Assembly: GCF_000150275.1 (NCBI RefSeq)
Contig: NW_002060949.1
Span: 2,601,836 to 2,665,835 of the forward strand
Length of the DNA stretch: 64,000 nt
Direction of reading: 5' to 3'
Origin: Trichoplax adhaerens
Taxonomy: Eukaryota > Animalia > Placozoa
How positions within the stretch are numbered: the first letter of the stretch is position 1; each line of letters opens with the position of its first letter. Made by a program: the position numbers and the translations under genes. The notes below the pieces were generated by a model. It saw nothing but the letters and a program-made list of their open reading frames with translations, had not been told where the DNA came from and made no database searches. Positions 46,048-59,235 of this stretch are shown here, piece after piece.

Positions 46048-49000
46048 ATGAATTACATACGACGGCCTGATTTTTTTACATGGCTGGAATTAAGGTAGGC
46101 AACAGTGAAGTTAATTAAATTAGATCTATTAGGCAAGAATAAAATCAGTTTATGTATGCTTTTATACCACTTCAGAACTGGACGAAAAATACTGCTACAG
46201 ACACATAATCAAACTAAGCTATTATTCATAATTTTCTTCATATTCTTGATTTTAGCTTCTTAGCCAAAGCATTAGGCGTAAGTATGCCAATCACGTAAGA
46301 TACTATTGATGATAACAATATTATACTGTATTAAGGCAGATCTCAATATAGATTTCTAATACTGTATAAAGTAAAGAGAAATCCAAGTCGATAAATGATT
46401 TGCTATAGTAGAGGATATGGATAATGCTTTAAGCAAGCATTAAAAATACGTAAATCCTGTAGTCTACGTACTACTTAGAACAACATTATCCTTTTTGCTC
46501 TATACAATGCATGAAATGAAAACTATGCCTAACCGGGTTTAACTAAATTAAATTTAACTGTACAACATATTAGGCTTAAAATTTCTTACTATTATCATAT
46601 ATAAGATAGATAATAACTGTAATTCACGGAATTTAGCGAACTCAAATTTTTGTAGTGACAAGACGCATTTGTGAAACTTGAAACATTTTTAGTATAAAGA
46701 TTTCATTTTATCTTGGCCGTTAGTTTCCCGAGAAAATATTTTGGAGAAATACACCGTCAAATCGTCGCACCGATGCAGGCTTAGATTCTAAAGTTAGTCA
46801 AGTGCTACCATCACCACAAACATAGATTAAATTAATATTAGCTAAAAAGGAGTAACATTCAAATTGCTCTAATAACTGTTCGGCCAGAAATGAAAAGTTG
46901 TTTCTCAAACTAATGCCCGCTATGGGTGATTAGATTATAAATAGTCCGATGATTTTACTCAAATTTATATAATTTATGAGTACAAAATCTTCTCCTATAA
47001 GTGTACAACAAGTGACTAAATTTTCTTTTCGATAGTATTTCATGTGGTTGTTAAATAGCAATAAGGCGTGCGATGCAGATTTACACCGGACTGTCAACAT
47101 GTATAGCGCTGAATATAATCGTAAAAATATTCTAAGAGCCATCGAAGCACTGCGAAATAGGCAGCTAAGGTTAACTTAGTCGATAGTATTTCATCATTTT
47201 AAAACAGTATTATATTTAATACATTATCGAGATAGATATCAGCCTGTAATAGTTTTCTTGATATTTTACTAAATCTGCAAGTGGTTATATTTTTCAATCT
47301 CTTTACTGAATTGCCGGTACCATATTATTGGAAGTGTTAGATTTTAAAGCTTCTAGCACTAGGGACTGAAATATCCTTCTAAAATTTAATCTATTTCAAT
47401 TTTATTATAGTTTCGATCAAATTTATATATCAAGGCTAGCATATCAATTATACGAAGAAGATGATTTAACAGGACTAAAGTTAAATGAAGATATTATCAT
47501 GAAAACTATTAAGGTATTACAACGCCGCCTCAACTTGATGGATTATTTTCCTTTGTATAAACGGTGTTACATTACATATTTTTATTATTCTATTTGATCA
47601 TAGTCTCGAAGAAATTCATAGACATAAATCAATTAATTTTCTAAATATAATATGTTCAAAATATTTGTTTAACTGATTACTAACCACTGACTGAATTAAA
47701 CATTTTAAAGATTGAAATTGTGATCGTTTCTAAAACACAATTAACAATTTTTTTTCTAACAATTTAGCATTAATTTATTATCAGATTAATTTTTAATCGT
47801 TATTTTAATGATCCTGTAATATCTTTGCAGTTGATTTTTTTTTCTTAACCAAATTATAGTTATGTGGTAGGGTTATTGCACCATTAAGATTATATCATGA
47901 GGTAAGAGTTTAAGGCATTTTCTGATCTACAAGATAGTAACATATATCCTTTTCTTTTATATATCTGCACCTATAATTGTTAAGGCAACTAAATATTTTA
48001 CGATCGATATTTAATCCTTCTATATTTTAGATAAGAAATTTAAAAAAGAACAGACATCGAGAAGATAGGGCAGTTTATTACGAATTTATTGATATCTTAC
48101 TAAGGTAAGGGTGCTTTCCGCAATTTTTTAAAAACTATGTCAGTTCTGATGTCTTCGTTAATACCAGTTGGCCATGAGTATCGCATTTGATCTAGAATTG
48201 AACGCCAATTTGATAGCATAGAATTCGTAAAAGATTCATATTTAATCTCTAATCTTATCAGTGGGAGACTAAGCAAAAAGGATTATGTTAGTAAGATATT
48301 TACTGAAACGCATTCAGTAAGCCAAGTACCCGCTCTAAGAGCATAAAGTACCATATGTCATAAGTAAGGTTAATGTCTAATTTCTAAGCGTTAATCAAAA
48401 TTTAGTCAAAAATATTTTCATAGTAAGATAGCTATTGCAAGATATTTAGTAAATAATATCCAATATCCACTTTAATGCAGCATTGCATACTAGAGGAAAA
48501 GTTTAAATTGATTTCTAACTAAAGTCAATACCCTTACATTATTTTATGGAAATACTTGCAGTAAAGTCCAAAGTGCACCAAAAATTTATCTTGATTTCTA
48601 ACTATAGTCAGATACCAGTACTTGGTGAACCATTTTATTGAGACATTTATAGTAAAGTATAGAGTAACCTTCTTAATTACTAATTGTAGTCGGATACCCG
48701 TAACTTGGTGAATTATTAAGATGCTTTTATAGTTGATTATTCAATAAGTAGAGATTAACGCATTTTTTCTTATTTTAATCGGTACTTGATGTACTGTGAT
48801 TTTAGTAAGATATGTACTGGTAAAACATTTGTTTCGCCTCTTTTAAGTCTTTCTATCTATTTTTTTATAATCAAATTTAACTGTAATTACCACCTTAGGA
48901 AAATTTTGAATTTTACACCCCACATAACCATGTAACTGTATTAAATGTGCCGTAGCATGGCTTGTTTATCACAAAACTAAAATACAAATCAAGGGTTTTT

Positions 49001-52000
49001 ACTGTAGAAGTTTTTTTTACTCCTATACAGTTCTAGTATGATGTTTCTGTTAAACCTATCGTTAATGCCTACCCAATTTCTATGGTACATCTACCTACTA
49101 CCAGTATAATCGACATACTCATAACCTAATTGCTGAAAGAACATCGGTGCTAAAATAACGGGCCTTTTGTTTTCATTTGTATAATTTTTGATTTTAATTA
49201 TTATATAGTTGAATAGAGAATTGATTTGAATTCATGATATTATAACAATGGGCTACATAGTAGTTGTGCTGCAGAATTGATTTACATTAATAGTTGATTT
49301 ACTTTTATATATGAAACGATGATTTGTCTGCTTATGCATGGGCATACGCACATAATATAGAATTGATTTACGTTAATAGTTAATTTACTTTTTAATTTGT
49401 AGCGACGATTTATCTGCTCATGCATGAGCATACGTACGTACATAGCCTGACGATATTGAAGGCGTTATTTTAGTAAAAGAATGTTTTGTCTGTTATTACA
49501 GTTAATCATTTCTCCCTTAGAATGTATTTAAGCAATAATTAAAACTTTATCGACACATTCTTAAGAGATTAATATCGCAATATTGACTCTATTGCCATAC
49601 GTATCAATGGAAAAATAATTTTCTTATAGAAAGTAATAAAACTGTTATGATTAAATAGTTGTAGTCAAATACTTAGAGAAGAATGCAGTCAATCTTCCTA
49701 TAGTACGTCAATACACAATCTTGAAAAGTAAAACTATTTATTTATTTACGACAGGTGCAATCTTAAAGAAGAAGTTCCACATCCGCGTTCAATTCCATTT
49801 GAAATAAAAAAGAAAGGGGAATTATACGATGTTAGTTTAAAATATGAATTGTTTATTCATTCAATCGTATCATCCCATTCTTCGACCACAAATAAATTAT
49901 AATCATTATTCATGATATTTCCCCTCATTTTCTCTATTATCTATAATTATTGCAAGAATAGCTGATTTCTTTTTTTGACGTAGTAGATTTTGGTATTGGA
50001 AAGAATTGTTCAAGTTGGGTTTTTTTATTTTAATCCGGTTATTATAGGTGTGTGACTTTGATGCATTGCTCCATACCCTAGACGAAAGATTATTAGAACA
50101 GTTACAGAAAAGATATTCTGTAAGGAATGGATTAACACTTCTTTATAAGTATTCAGCTATCTTTTAAAAGCTATTGGGATTTATCATAGAGGAATGAAAA
50201 TAAATTTAAAGTGCTTATTAATCGGATCTTTAGAAATAGCCTGTGATGGAATATTTTAATAGTAATCTTAGCCATAAATTTACTTTAATATCCTCATTTT
50301 TTACTTTGAAATTGTTGTATATCATTTAAGGTGTTATAAACAACGTATTATTGCTTTTATTTTGGCTAGCGTGCTCAAATGATGGCTCTCAAACGACAAT
50401 TACAAAGCAAACTAATATTTCAAAAACAACAAACTCTATTAATCGGTAGTGACGAACGAGACGAAATGGTAAGGTTTCAAGCTACCCTTTTTTAGACTAT
50501 GCTTAAAAACAGCTTTCATCAAAACTTATTGGAATTTGATGGCATCGTTGGGTCTATAAACTGTTTTGTCACGCTTAAGTTTCACATTTTTAATTCTTTA
50601 ATTCTTTGAACACAGATTCAAAGAGAAAATCGAGACTTCGATAGATTATCAGAATTTTTAATGAAATCTGAATCTCTGGTTAGTATGCTAATGAGTTAAA
50701 GCAATGAATAACATATAGTACAAAATTCGTCTTAAAATTAGAATAAAATTTTAAACTTACATCTGTCTTAAGAATATATGCTATTTAAGAGGACCGGTAG
50801 TAAACATCAATTATCGTTGTTTTACACGCAATCAGCTTCGCCAAGCAAAATGTGGTGGAACTCAATATCGGAATTATTCTATAATGGGCGACCAGGAAAG
50901 CCGAAAAGTTGACAGCATTCAGGTATAATTTCATAATAAAGCATATAGATTATCATTAGTCTTCTATTGCTTAAATTGTATATTATCATACAAATCAGAA
51001 ATAACAGTACACACGCTATGAAAGTTTTCATTACAGTTAATAATCAACTGATTTTATTAGCTCTTATAAGAAGACGATTATAAAAGAGGATTACCGTGTT
51101 TTCATATCAGGACGCTAATTTATTTACTGAACAGGAATTATGTGACGAGGAAAGCAAATCTCTCCTTGAATTTGATGATCATCTCATTTCCAGAAGTGCT
51201 ACTGCTCAGCTGCAACTTGTTAAAGCCGCTAAAAGTCGCCAAGAAAGAAATTCTAGGATAGACTTAGATTCCGATTTTATCGATAGAATTAGTACTGCTA
51301 TGAATCCATTCCGAAATCATACGGCAAAAAAAACCAATCTGTCTACTAACAATAATATCGAAACGAGTGCTAGTCATGATAAATCGTCAAATTCTGTACC
51401 AGATATAAAACAACGCGCAGCGACTTCACCCCCCAAAATACGCAGAATTCCTCAATATTTTGAGAAAGATGTGAGTATTCAATGATAGTGGTACAATGGA
51501 TATTGTCGAATTTTAATCTGGTAGTAGTGTACTTTAATATATCTACAGGGCAACTCTGTTATTGCAATATACGGCTCAAATTTAATTTCAGTACGACTTA
51601 AGATCTTGTACGAAAGATCATTATTTAGTAGATTGTTATATTACTTGATCTGAAATTATTTTTGGTAGTTTCAAACTTATCTAAGGATGAAACTAAATCT
51701 TATGATATTGTTAAAAATAGGAAAAGAATCGATTGCAACTTTACAAAGATTCTGTCGAGTGGGACATGGTTTCAATGGTAAGACTTTTTACGTAGGCACA
51801 TGCATTCTATATCGCTAAACGATATGCAGAATATGATACACTAATTAATTGAAGTGAATTAATAATAGCTACAAAGACTGATTGTAATGTAATTATTAAT
51901 ACCTAATATATATATACTATTTTAATTACTCTTCTAAATAGAATCAAAGAACTCAACAGTTACTGAATAAAATGCATTCAAAATATGAACGTGAAAAATA

Positions 52001-52593
52001 TGTTAGAAATGTGCATGCTACTTGGCGAGGTAATTCTAACTCCTTCACCGAGTTCCATTTGCAATGACTTACCTTTATTATTATTTTCAATTTTTATACC
52101 TAAAGATAATACTTATCAAGTTGGCCCAAAGGTAGATATAAATCACAATTTCTTAGTACTTTGGGAAGCGAAAAAATGATTTTATCAAATTTTAAAATCC
52201 TTCCTGACTTGATTAGAACGTTAATTTACTGCTGCTGTATGATAAGTTTCTGTCATTACTTTTTTCTACTATAGTCCCAATATAGACGACATCGAGAGTC
52301 TGCAGAGAATTTAGCAACAGAAATATTAAACGACGTCAATAGTAGAATCAAACCTGCGCCAGAGCCAGTCTATGATGATAGGATTCCCACAGAAGTCCAA
52401 ATAGAGCGTGGTCAGATAAAGCACAGACATGGTTACCAGCAATTATTCAGGCGAAGGGTAGATGAACATACTATTAGCATACGTATACTTGAGCAACGTG
52501 TGTTATAAATTTATTTCTTATGTATTCTTCTCTTTATTTTAGTCATTATCTTGTGAATATTTCATGTCATATACTTTTATCGATGTTAGATAA
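46048..52593 (+). CDS. Uncharacterised multi-exon protein with a degenerate EF-hand pair; ends approximate
   Basis: About 18 phase-compatible GT-AG exons splice into one open frame: MNYIRRPDFFTWLELS-FLAKALG-FPEKIFWRN...-ACDADLHRTVNMYSAEYNRKNILRAIEALRNRQL-SFDQIYISRLAYQLYEEDD...-LCGRVIAPLRLYHE-IRNLKK...YYEFIDILL-RCNLKEE...-VCDFDALLHTLDERLLEQL... It includes the track ORF exon at 51111-51470. I do not recognise the family. Confidence 0.7.
48508..48735. repeat. Degenerate intronic tandem repeat, about 3 x ~80 bp
   Basis: TTGATTTCTAACTA.AGTC.(G)ATACC...(CTTGGTGAA)...T.AGTAAAGT recurs three times. Confidence 0.6.
49273..49440. repeat. Intronic tandem duplication, 2 x ~86 bp
   Basis: AGAATTGATTTAC.TTAATAGTT.ATTTACTTTT...GATTT.TCTGCT.ATGCATG.GCATACG at 49273 and 49359. 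Confidence 0.85.
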
Positions 52594-53773
52594 ATAATAG
52601 CGCTTTATTCCACAAGTTATCAGCTAAAATCATAACGCCTACACGTGAAAATGTTGTTAAAATTTTCTTACAAGACGTAAAAGGTTTCAAAGATTGCATA
52701 TCGATTAAAGCGTAATTCTATCTATTGTTCGATCATATTCTGTGCCCATATTTCACGTGTATAGCATATACGCGTATGTGTACATAACACATACATTTAC
52801 CACATCTGATATATTCGTGTCGCATAGTCATGTTTGTAAATTACGCCTTGTATTTAAACTTGAAGTGATACAATCCGAGACATATCGTATTCATTATAAT
52901 CTCTATTAATGAATTTATGATATGTAAATTGTACAATGGAGATCGACAAATGGTTAATTTAATTTTGATTGTCATTTTTGATAGACTGAAATCTAAAGAA
53001 AGTCTATTTATACAGAACATAAGCAATTTTGAAACTGTTTGTGATACTAACTTTTTGAATAAAATTAAAGATTCAGAAAGTAAAAACAGCATTCAAACGC
53101 ATAAAATCAAAATTAATAGCTTATATTTTAATGACTTACATAAAATCAATCACTAACGGTTAAAAATAATCTACAACTGTCATCAGATGTATATTTTCAA
53201 AAGTATACCAAATCTTGAGATTGATCCACTTGTAGTAATAAACAATGGATTATAAATATAGCGACTATATAGGTAATTAAAGCAGGCTGTAAGTTGCAGC
53301 CCATTACAGCCGTTGCAATAGTAAAATTTATTATTTATGTTAAAAAATTTTTAGCTTTTGATACATTTTAGCATTGCAATTTAGATAATTCAATTATTTT
53401 TCTTTTTAGAAGAGCCAAAATAGATGCACTTCCATTCCGGTAAATAACACTGAAATTTCCAAACTTTCGTTTATGTCAATGATTAAGTACAAATTCATAA
53501 ATTATTTCTTTTCACTCGAAAATGTTAGTAATTAAATAAGTACTTTGAAAAAATTCATCAGCTATTACATGCGGCCAAAATACAATGTATACGATTGGAG
53601 ACAGTAGGATACTGATATTTTACATGCACAAGCACTAGCAGCATGAATTTGGGTGAGAAAATACAATTTCTTAATATTGACTATTTGATAGAAGCATCAT
53701 GGCATGATAAATGAAGCTGATTCTTACGATTTCATCATGTAGGAGTGCTCCAATAGTATAGCCTAATTAGGTT

Positions 53774-54710
53774 TTACAGGCGGTTGTTACCAAGAGATTG
53801 GACTCGCAATTTAATCCAATCTATCTATATACATTTCAAAGAGGATGATAAAATGAAATTAATATAGCAATCTCCAAAAGGGTGCAATTACAGGTATTTT
53901 CATAGCTAGCTTTACCGGAGCAAACCATGGAGTTCTTGTTGCAGGAAAAATCATTTTATGGAAGAAATTGATTTGATTAAAGGGAAAAATGACATGTAGG
54001 TGTAGATGATTGACACTATTAAACGGAGGCCAATGAAATCCTATCCTATAAAATACAGTATAGACGTATAGGTTCGACTTAAATATAGTCTTATTGTTAG
54101 TCCAAGCCCTATTAAATGGTAAGACGGAAGTAGATCTACTTTGCACGAGACGTTATCTATGATAAATAATAATTACTACTAATATAAAAAGTTCACTAAC
54201 CTACAATCTGACACTTTCCCTTCATGCTTTGCAATCGTTTCTTTGCCAATCTTCTCCATATGTTCCACTATTACAAGCAGATAATTTCAATTTTATGAAT
54301 TGTGATTACAATCAGTTTAAACCAGGCGGACAGGCATTGGATAATACAGTAATATCAATTTGGTGAGATCAACTTACGAAGAGGAAGATGTTCTAACTTT
54401 AGTTGTGCGGCATTTCGAATGTGCTCTTTAGAAATTACCAGGAAATGAAATTGAGAGACAGGTTTGATATCTTTAAAGACGGAAACTTTATCATCCTATT
54501 CTCAGATACAGAACAATTACTTGTAAACAATGGAAGGTTTGCATAAGCACAAGTAAATTGTACTATAGTATTTTTCAAAAGATTACATCATTCCGAAAAA
54601 TTTATAATCTTAAAACTACTGTACTGTATACTGACTTCGTAGAGAACTGTTGTTTTTGGATCCTCTTTTGCAGCAATTTTGCAGAAAATACAACGTTTTT
54701 GTGGATCCAT
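53774..54710 (-). CDS. HINT3: Histidine triad nucleotide-binding protein 3
   Basis: Five exons: MDPQKRCIFCKIAAKEDPKTTVLYE, DDKVSVFKDIKPVSQFHFLVISKEHI..., ...RIGFHWPPFNSVNHLHLHVIFP (HIT motif HxHxH in the HINT3-type GFHxPPF context), IDWIKLRVQSLGNNRL*. Confidence 0.9.
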
Positions 54711-55904
54711 TTAGTACCAAAAAGCAGTATTATATATGTGTATGACAGTAAGGGGCAGGTAGTTAAACAACAGGTGCCCTGCAGACTCCACACCATTCAA
54801 TGTATCCCAATCGCTTGAAAAACAGAATACATAAGTCCATTTCGTGTTAGCATTACTATACTCGTATATAATAGATATAGTGATCATTTTTTTGTTTATT
54901 ACATTTTGATATTGTATAACATAAAGTATACGTTGTTCAATTTGTAGTCATACTGCGTTGTGTATGGTATTTACTGTAAACAGTTTAGTTGTCGGCGATT
55001 GTGCTATTAGAAGTACAGTATAATACAGCACGTAGCAGGAAGTAAAAGTGATGCTGTACTAGTACACTACTTAGCACTTATTATAACTGTAGTTCAGGAC
55101 TCGTTTAACATCATCGGGTCTATAATAACAGAGCTTAATTTTTATCAGAAGCGAAGTATCCACGTTTTTTAAAATGGACGAAGAGGGGAATTGTCCAAGT
55201 ACCGTATTGTATGTAAGTTATCGAAATTGATGACGCTCCAGAAAGGTATAAGACTAAATTATTGCACATCAATAACATAACTAAGTTCCGATATCTGTAT
55301 TCTTGTATGATTTACAACTGTAAATACCACACTTCTACTGCAATATGAACTACTGTAGAATCGTATTTTGATCCATTCCATAATAAAGCAACTTTTGTAA
55401 ATCTTTTCAATAATTCTTTCTGCGCAGTTTACCTTGACAAATTTTTTTTAACATTGTAATTTACACTTTACCATTGCTACTATCATGGCAGCTCATTCAA
55501 GCGCAAGATGAGCTGGTTATTACTAAAACAACAAGCTGGTTCGTTTTAATTTCAGGAGCCAAAGTAGGCCACCATGCAATTAATACAGTGATTGATAATG
55601 TTATGTCAGCTGTTGATGGATTGACTGTAAATAATATCTTCCTTGCTATCAGTACCGTACTGGCACTGTAGAGGGCTGACATTATTACCCATAGTAGTTA
55701 GAATCCACCCTTGAAATCGGTGACATTTTTACCTGCGTATTCGTGAAGTTGAGCTTGTGCTTGAAGGTGCAAGGATTTGAATTTTAGATAAATCACTAAT
55801 GTCCCCAACTCTGAGATTAAACCAAGTAAGCAAGATCAGCTAGGATCAACAACTTGATCAATAATTGTCATGGCCTGCTTAAATTAATTAATTGTTGACT
55901 TCAT

Positions 55905-56335
55905 GGAGTACAATACATATTACTGTAGACTACAGTCCGCCAACGTACTGTACACTGTACCGCCATTGTATAGTACTGTATAGTACAACTCGTGTGAGTG
56001 TGATCCATAGTGTGACCTACGGTTGTGTGACCCGTAGAGACATCGTACATCACGATGGTGTGAGTGTGTGTGACTCACCCGTAGAAGATACTGTACATGT
56101 CAAATTCTAGGGGCTTTTTCTTGGGGACCTACAGTACAGTACTGTAGCTTATACACTGTACACACTACGGTGCCGAACCGCTGAAGTTTAGCTGTACTGT
56201 ACTGTATGACCTGGCGATGACTACTGTATTTGCACATGTGTCAAAATAAAGTTTTAACCTCGCCGTCAGTCTACAGTACTGTACTGTCCACGACACTTCA
56301 AGTGTACTGTACACTGTACCGTACCGTACCGTACT
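55905..56335. promoter_or_regulatory. Bidirectional promoter HINT3/TFIIS with ACAGT island
   Basis: Dense TACTGTA/TACAGTA tracts directly upstream of the TFIIS ATG (56470), with repeated GTGTGAC motifs at 56008-56075. Confidence 0.65.
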
Positions 56336-56469
56336 TGGAAGACCGCGGACCATGGTATAAAAAAGGCCCAAAGTGGAGTGGAAAGTGGACACAAGTTTGC
56401 CAAAGCAATCGATTCAATTCGAGGAAACTTTAGCCATTGAATTTATCTCAGCTTGTGGTAGCATTAACT

Positions 56470-59235
56470 ATGGGTGTTGAATACGAAGTAACGAGGATTA
56501 AAAAACAATTGGAGAAGGCATTAAATCGTGAAATTGTGGTCAGTATTAGTTGCACATGAGAGTATGATTGATACGAATTTAGACTAGTATAGTCAATTTG
56601 TAGCCATTATTGTCTTGCATAGCTGCAAGGAAAGCATTCATTGTCAACTCAACTTTGAATCTCCATTCAATGCCAGGATAATGAATTTATATTGGATTTA
56701 CTAACTAACCTGAAGGATTTAAAGATGACGTTAGAAATTTTACAGGTACAGTAATTCGATAATTTAGTAGAGTGCCTTTCGTTGATTTAGAATTGGCAGT
56801 ACTGTAGCTTGAAACTGGTCATGTTCACCTTTGGTATACTTGTATGTTCCAATGCTGGTAGAAAACACGTGTGGGCTACCATGTTAACAACGTACGCAAG
56901 AAAGCTGATAAAGAAGTGGTTATCAATCTTGCAAAATCACTCATTAAAGATTGGAAGAGATTATTACCAGGTAGAACAGAAATTTTATTCGATTGGATAG
57001 GGTATATCCACATTACCATAGAAATATTAGATAAGGAAACGCATTTGCTGAAACAATGTTTACATGTTAATTTTCCATAATCGAATAATTTATTTTATTG
57101 TATTGACTATAAATTGGCCATGTCAAGACTCGAAAAAGAATGAAGCAAAAGATAAAACCGATAGCCGTCAAATGGATAAGGATAGTCAGGATCTTATCCA
57201 ACAGTCGGAAATAAATCCTAGTCTAATGGTAGAAGAAAAAGACAACACGACCGTTCATCAAAGTCACAACAATGATAAGGATATGCAAGTTTTAAGTTCT
57301 GGCAATCCAACTAGAGACCTTAGTCGAAAACTTCTTATCGGTGCCCTTAGTCGCGACGGCTTGAATAAAGGTGATTAAAAGACAAAAGCGGGTAGACGAA
57401 GGGATGATAATTACATTCGTAGATTGCTATGCTTAGGGCAACAGTGCTTGATTTTAAAATACATAAATAATACGGTAGCCCTTTGAAGGATACTGCTCGA
57501 CATGCAACCCTGTCAAGCAAAATTTTTTCTTACTTTATGTGACAGGTTACATTGATTCATTATAACGCAAAATGTTTTTGAAAATTTATATTTTTATTTC
57601 TCTTTAAGTACACAGCACCTATCCTAGTGTAGTCAGGAAAACTAACTAGTCCAACATTGCAAACAAATGATTAGCATCTAACAAATCGTATCTGTGCAGT
57701 GATAGCACCAACTTAACGACTATAATTAACTATAGAATTAAACTGAGTTCCTGCGACCTGGGATTTCAGTATCTATGCAGTCTTGAAATTTACCCTTACT
57801 AACTAATAATATGGAAATACTCTTTGCAGATAGCTACCATAAATTACAAACTATTCTTATCCAGTTCTAAAACTGTAGATTACAGAAGTGATATTTTGTA
57901 TTTAAGCATAAAAGTAGTTAATATAATTTACGCAAGGATTGTTAAAATAGATAAAAAGTTCTAAACGTAAAATTAGCAACTCATTTCAACCTGAGTGCAC
58001 TGCTGTAATTAATTAACCGTTAGTAGTATTAATTTTAGTCCATTGCTACTGTTAGTTCATCATTCATGTTTGAATTACGCCAATACTATACGTGAATACC
58101 AGGTATCGTAAGTGTTGTTACAATAATGCCGCAATAGTGCATGAACAGAGTTTGAATTAGCTACATTCCATAATATAATGGAATTGACTTGAAAGTACAC
58201 ACCTGTTTGACTTGCATGGCATAGCAAACATCTATCTCTCATTCGGTTAATAGTATTTCGTTTTACAGTAAATGATGAGTTTCTAACGAATTTACCTTTA
58301 CAGATTCGGTGGATATTCCTGCGTTGGCCGCTGCTATTGAGGATTGTATCTTTTGATTGACAAATATTAGACACTAGCATAGGTGTATATATATACAATC
58401 AGTAGTATTAATTTCCATCATTTTAACGGAAGATTGTAATACAGACTACTGCCTTAACGAAATTCGATCTAGCCATTTTCAAAGAGTTAAAAGGTCCAAA
58501 TATGAAATATAAAAATCGTGTTCGCAGTCGAATTTCAAACTTAAAAGACTCGAAGAATCCAAATTTGTGTCAGAAAGTCTTATCTGGTATTATCACGCCA
58601 GAACAGATTGCTAAAATGACCGCTGAGGTGATTTTGATTCGAAACTTATTTTATTGCTCGTTTTACGAGATACTGATTACATACTCTTGTTTCAACGGGA
58701 AAACTGCTTAATAACGATAGGAAATGGCATCTGATGAAATGAAGAAACTCCGACAAGGGTATGCCAAAGAAGGTATTCGAGATGCCCAGATGGCTGTCAC
58801 TCAAGGCACAAAAACGGATTTACTAACTTGTGGCAAATGTCATAAAAAGAATTGCTCTTATAACCAGGTAATTCAGCCAAACTTTTAAATTTTATAATAC
58901 TTAATGTATGTAGTAGATTAATAACTTTGCGTTATGCTACTAATTTATGACAATCAAACTTTAAGAATAATTTGTTTATTTTATCTAACCAGATGCAAAC
59001 AAGAAGTGCTGATGAACCAATGACAACCTTCGTCTTTTGTCATGAGTGTGGACACCGTTGGAAGGTAAGAAATACAACAGTAATTTCAATCAATATTGAT
59101 CTCCTTATGAGTTTTGAACAGTAAGGCTAATGTTGCAACATAACGCCTTTTTATATACTATAATGAATTTAATTGCTGTTAATATCAATTAATTATTTTT
59201 ATTAAATCTCGTATATGTTTCATCAGTTTTGTTAA
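56470..59235 (+). CDS. TCEA1: Transcription elongation factor S-II (TFIIS)
   Basis: N-terminal domain ([20 protein letters not shown]...[12 protein letters not shown]), central domain ([22 protein letters not shown]...[12 protein letters not shown]) and Zn ribbon ([39 protein letters not shown]). Probably co-orthologous to TCEA1/2/3. Confidence 0.96.
58346..58472 (+). other. U12-type (minor spliceosome) GT-AG intron in TFIIS
   Basis: Donor GTATCTTTT (consensus RTATCCTTT). Branch point CCTTAAC at 58452-58458, just upstream of the AG. No pyrimidine tract. Splicing restores AIEDSIFKE. Confidence 0.85.

Noticed and set aside
47944-47952. ATATCCTTT, a perfect AT-AC U12 donor
   Set aside because: It lies inside a normal GT-AG intron. 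Using it would bring in an in-frame TAA, and I found no matching branch point and AC end.
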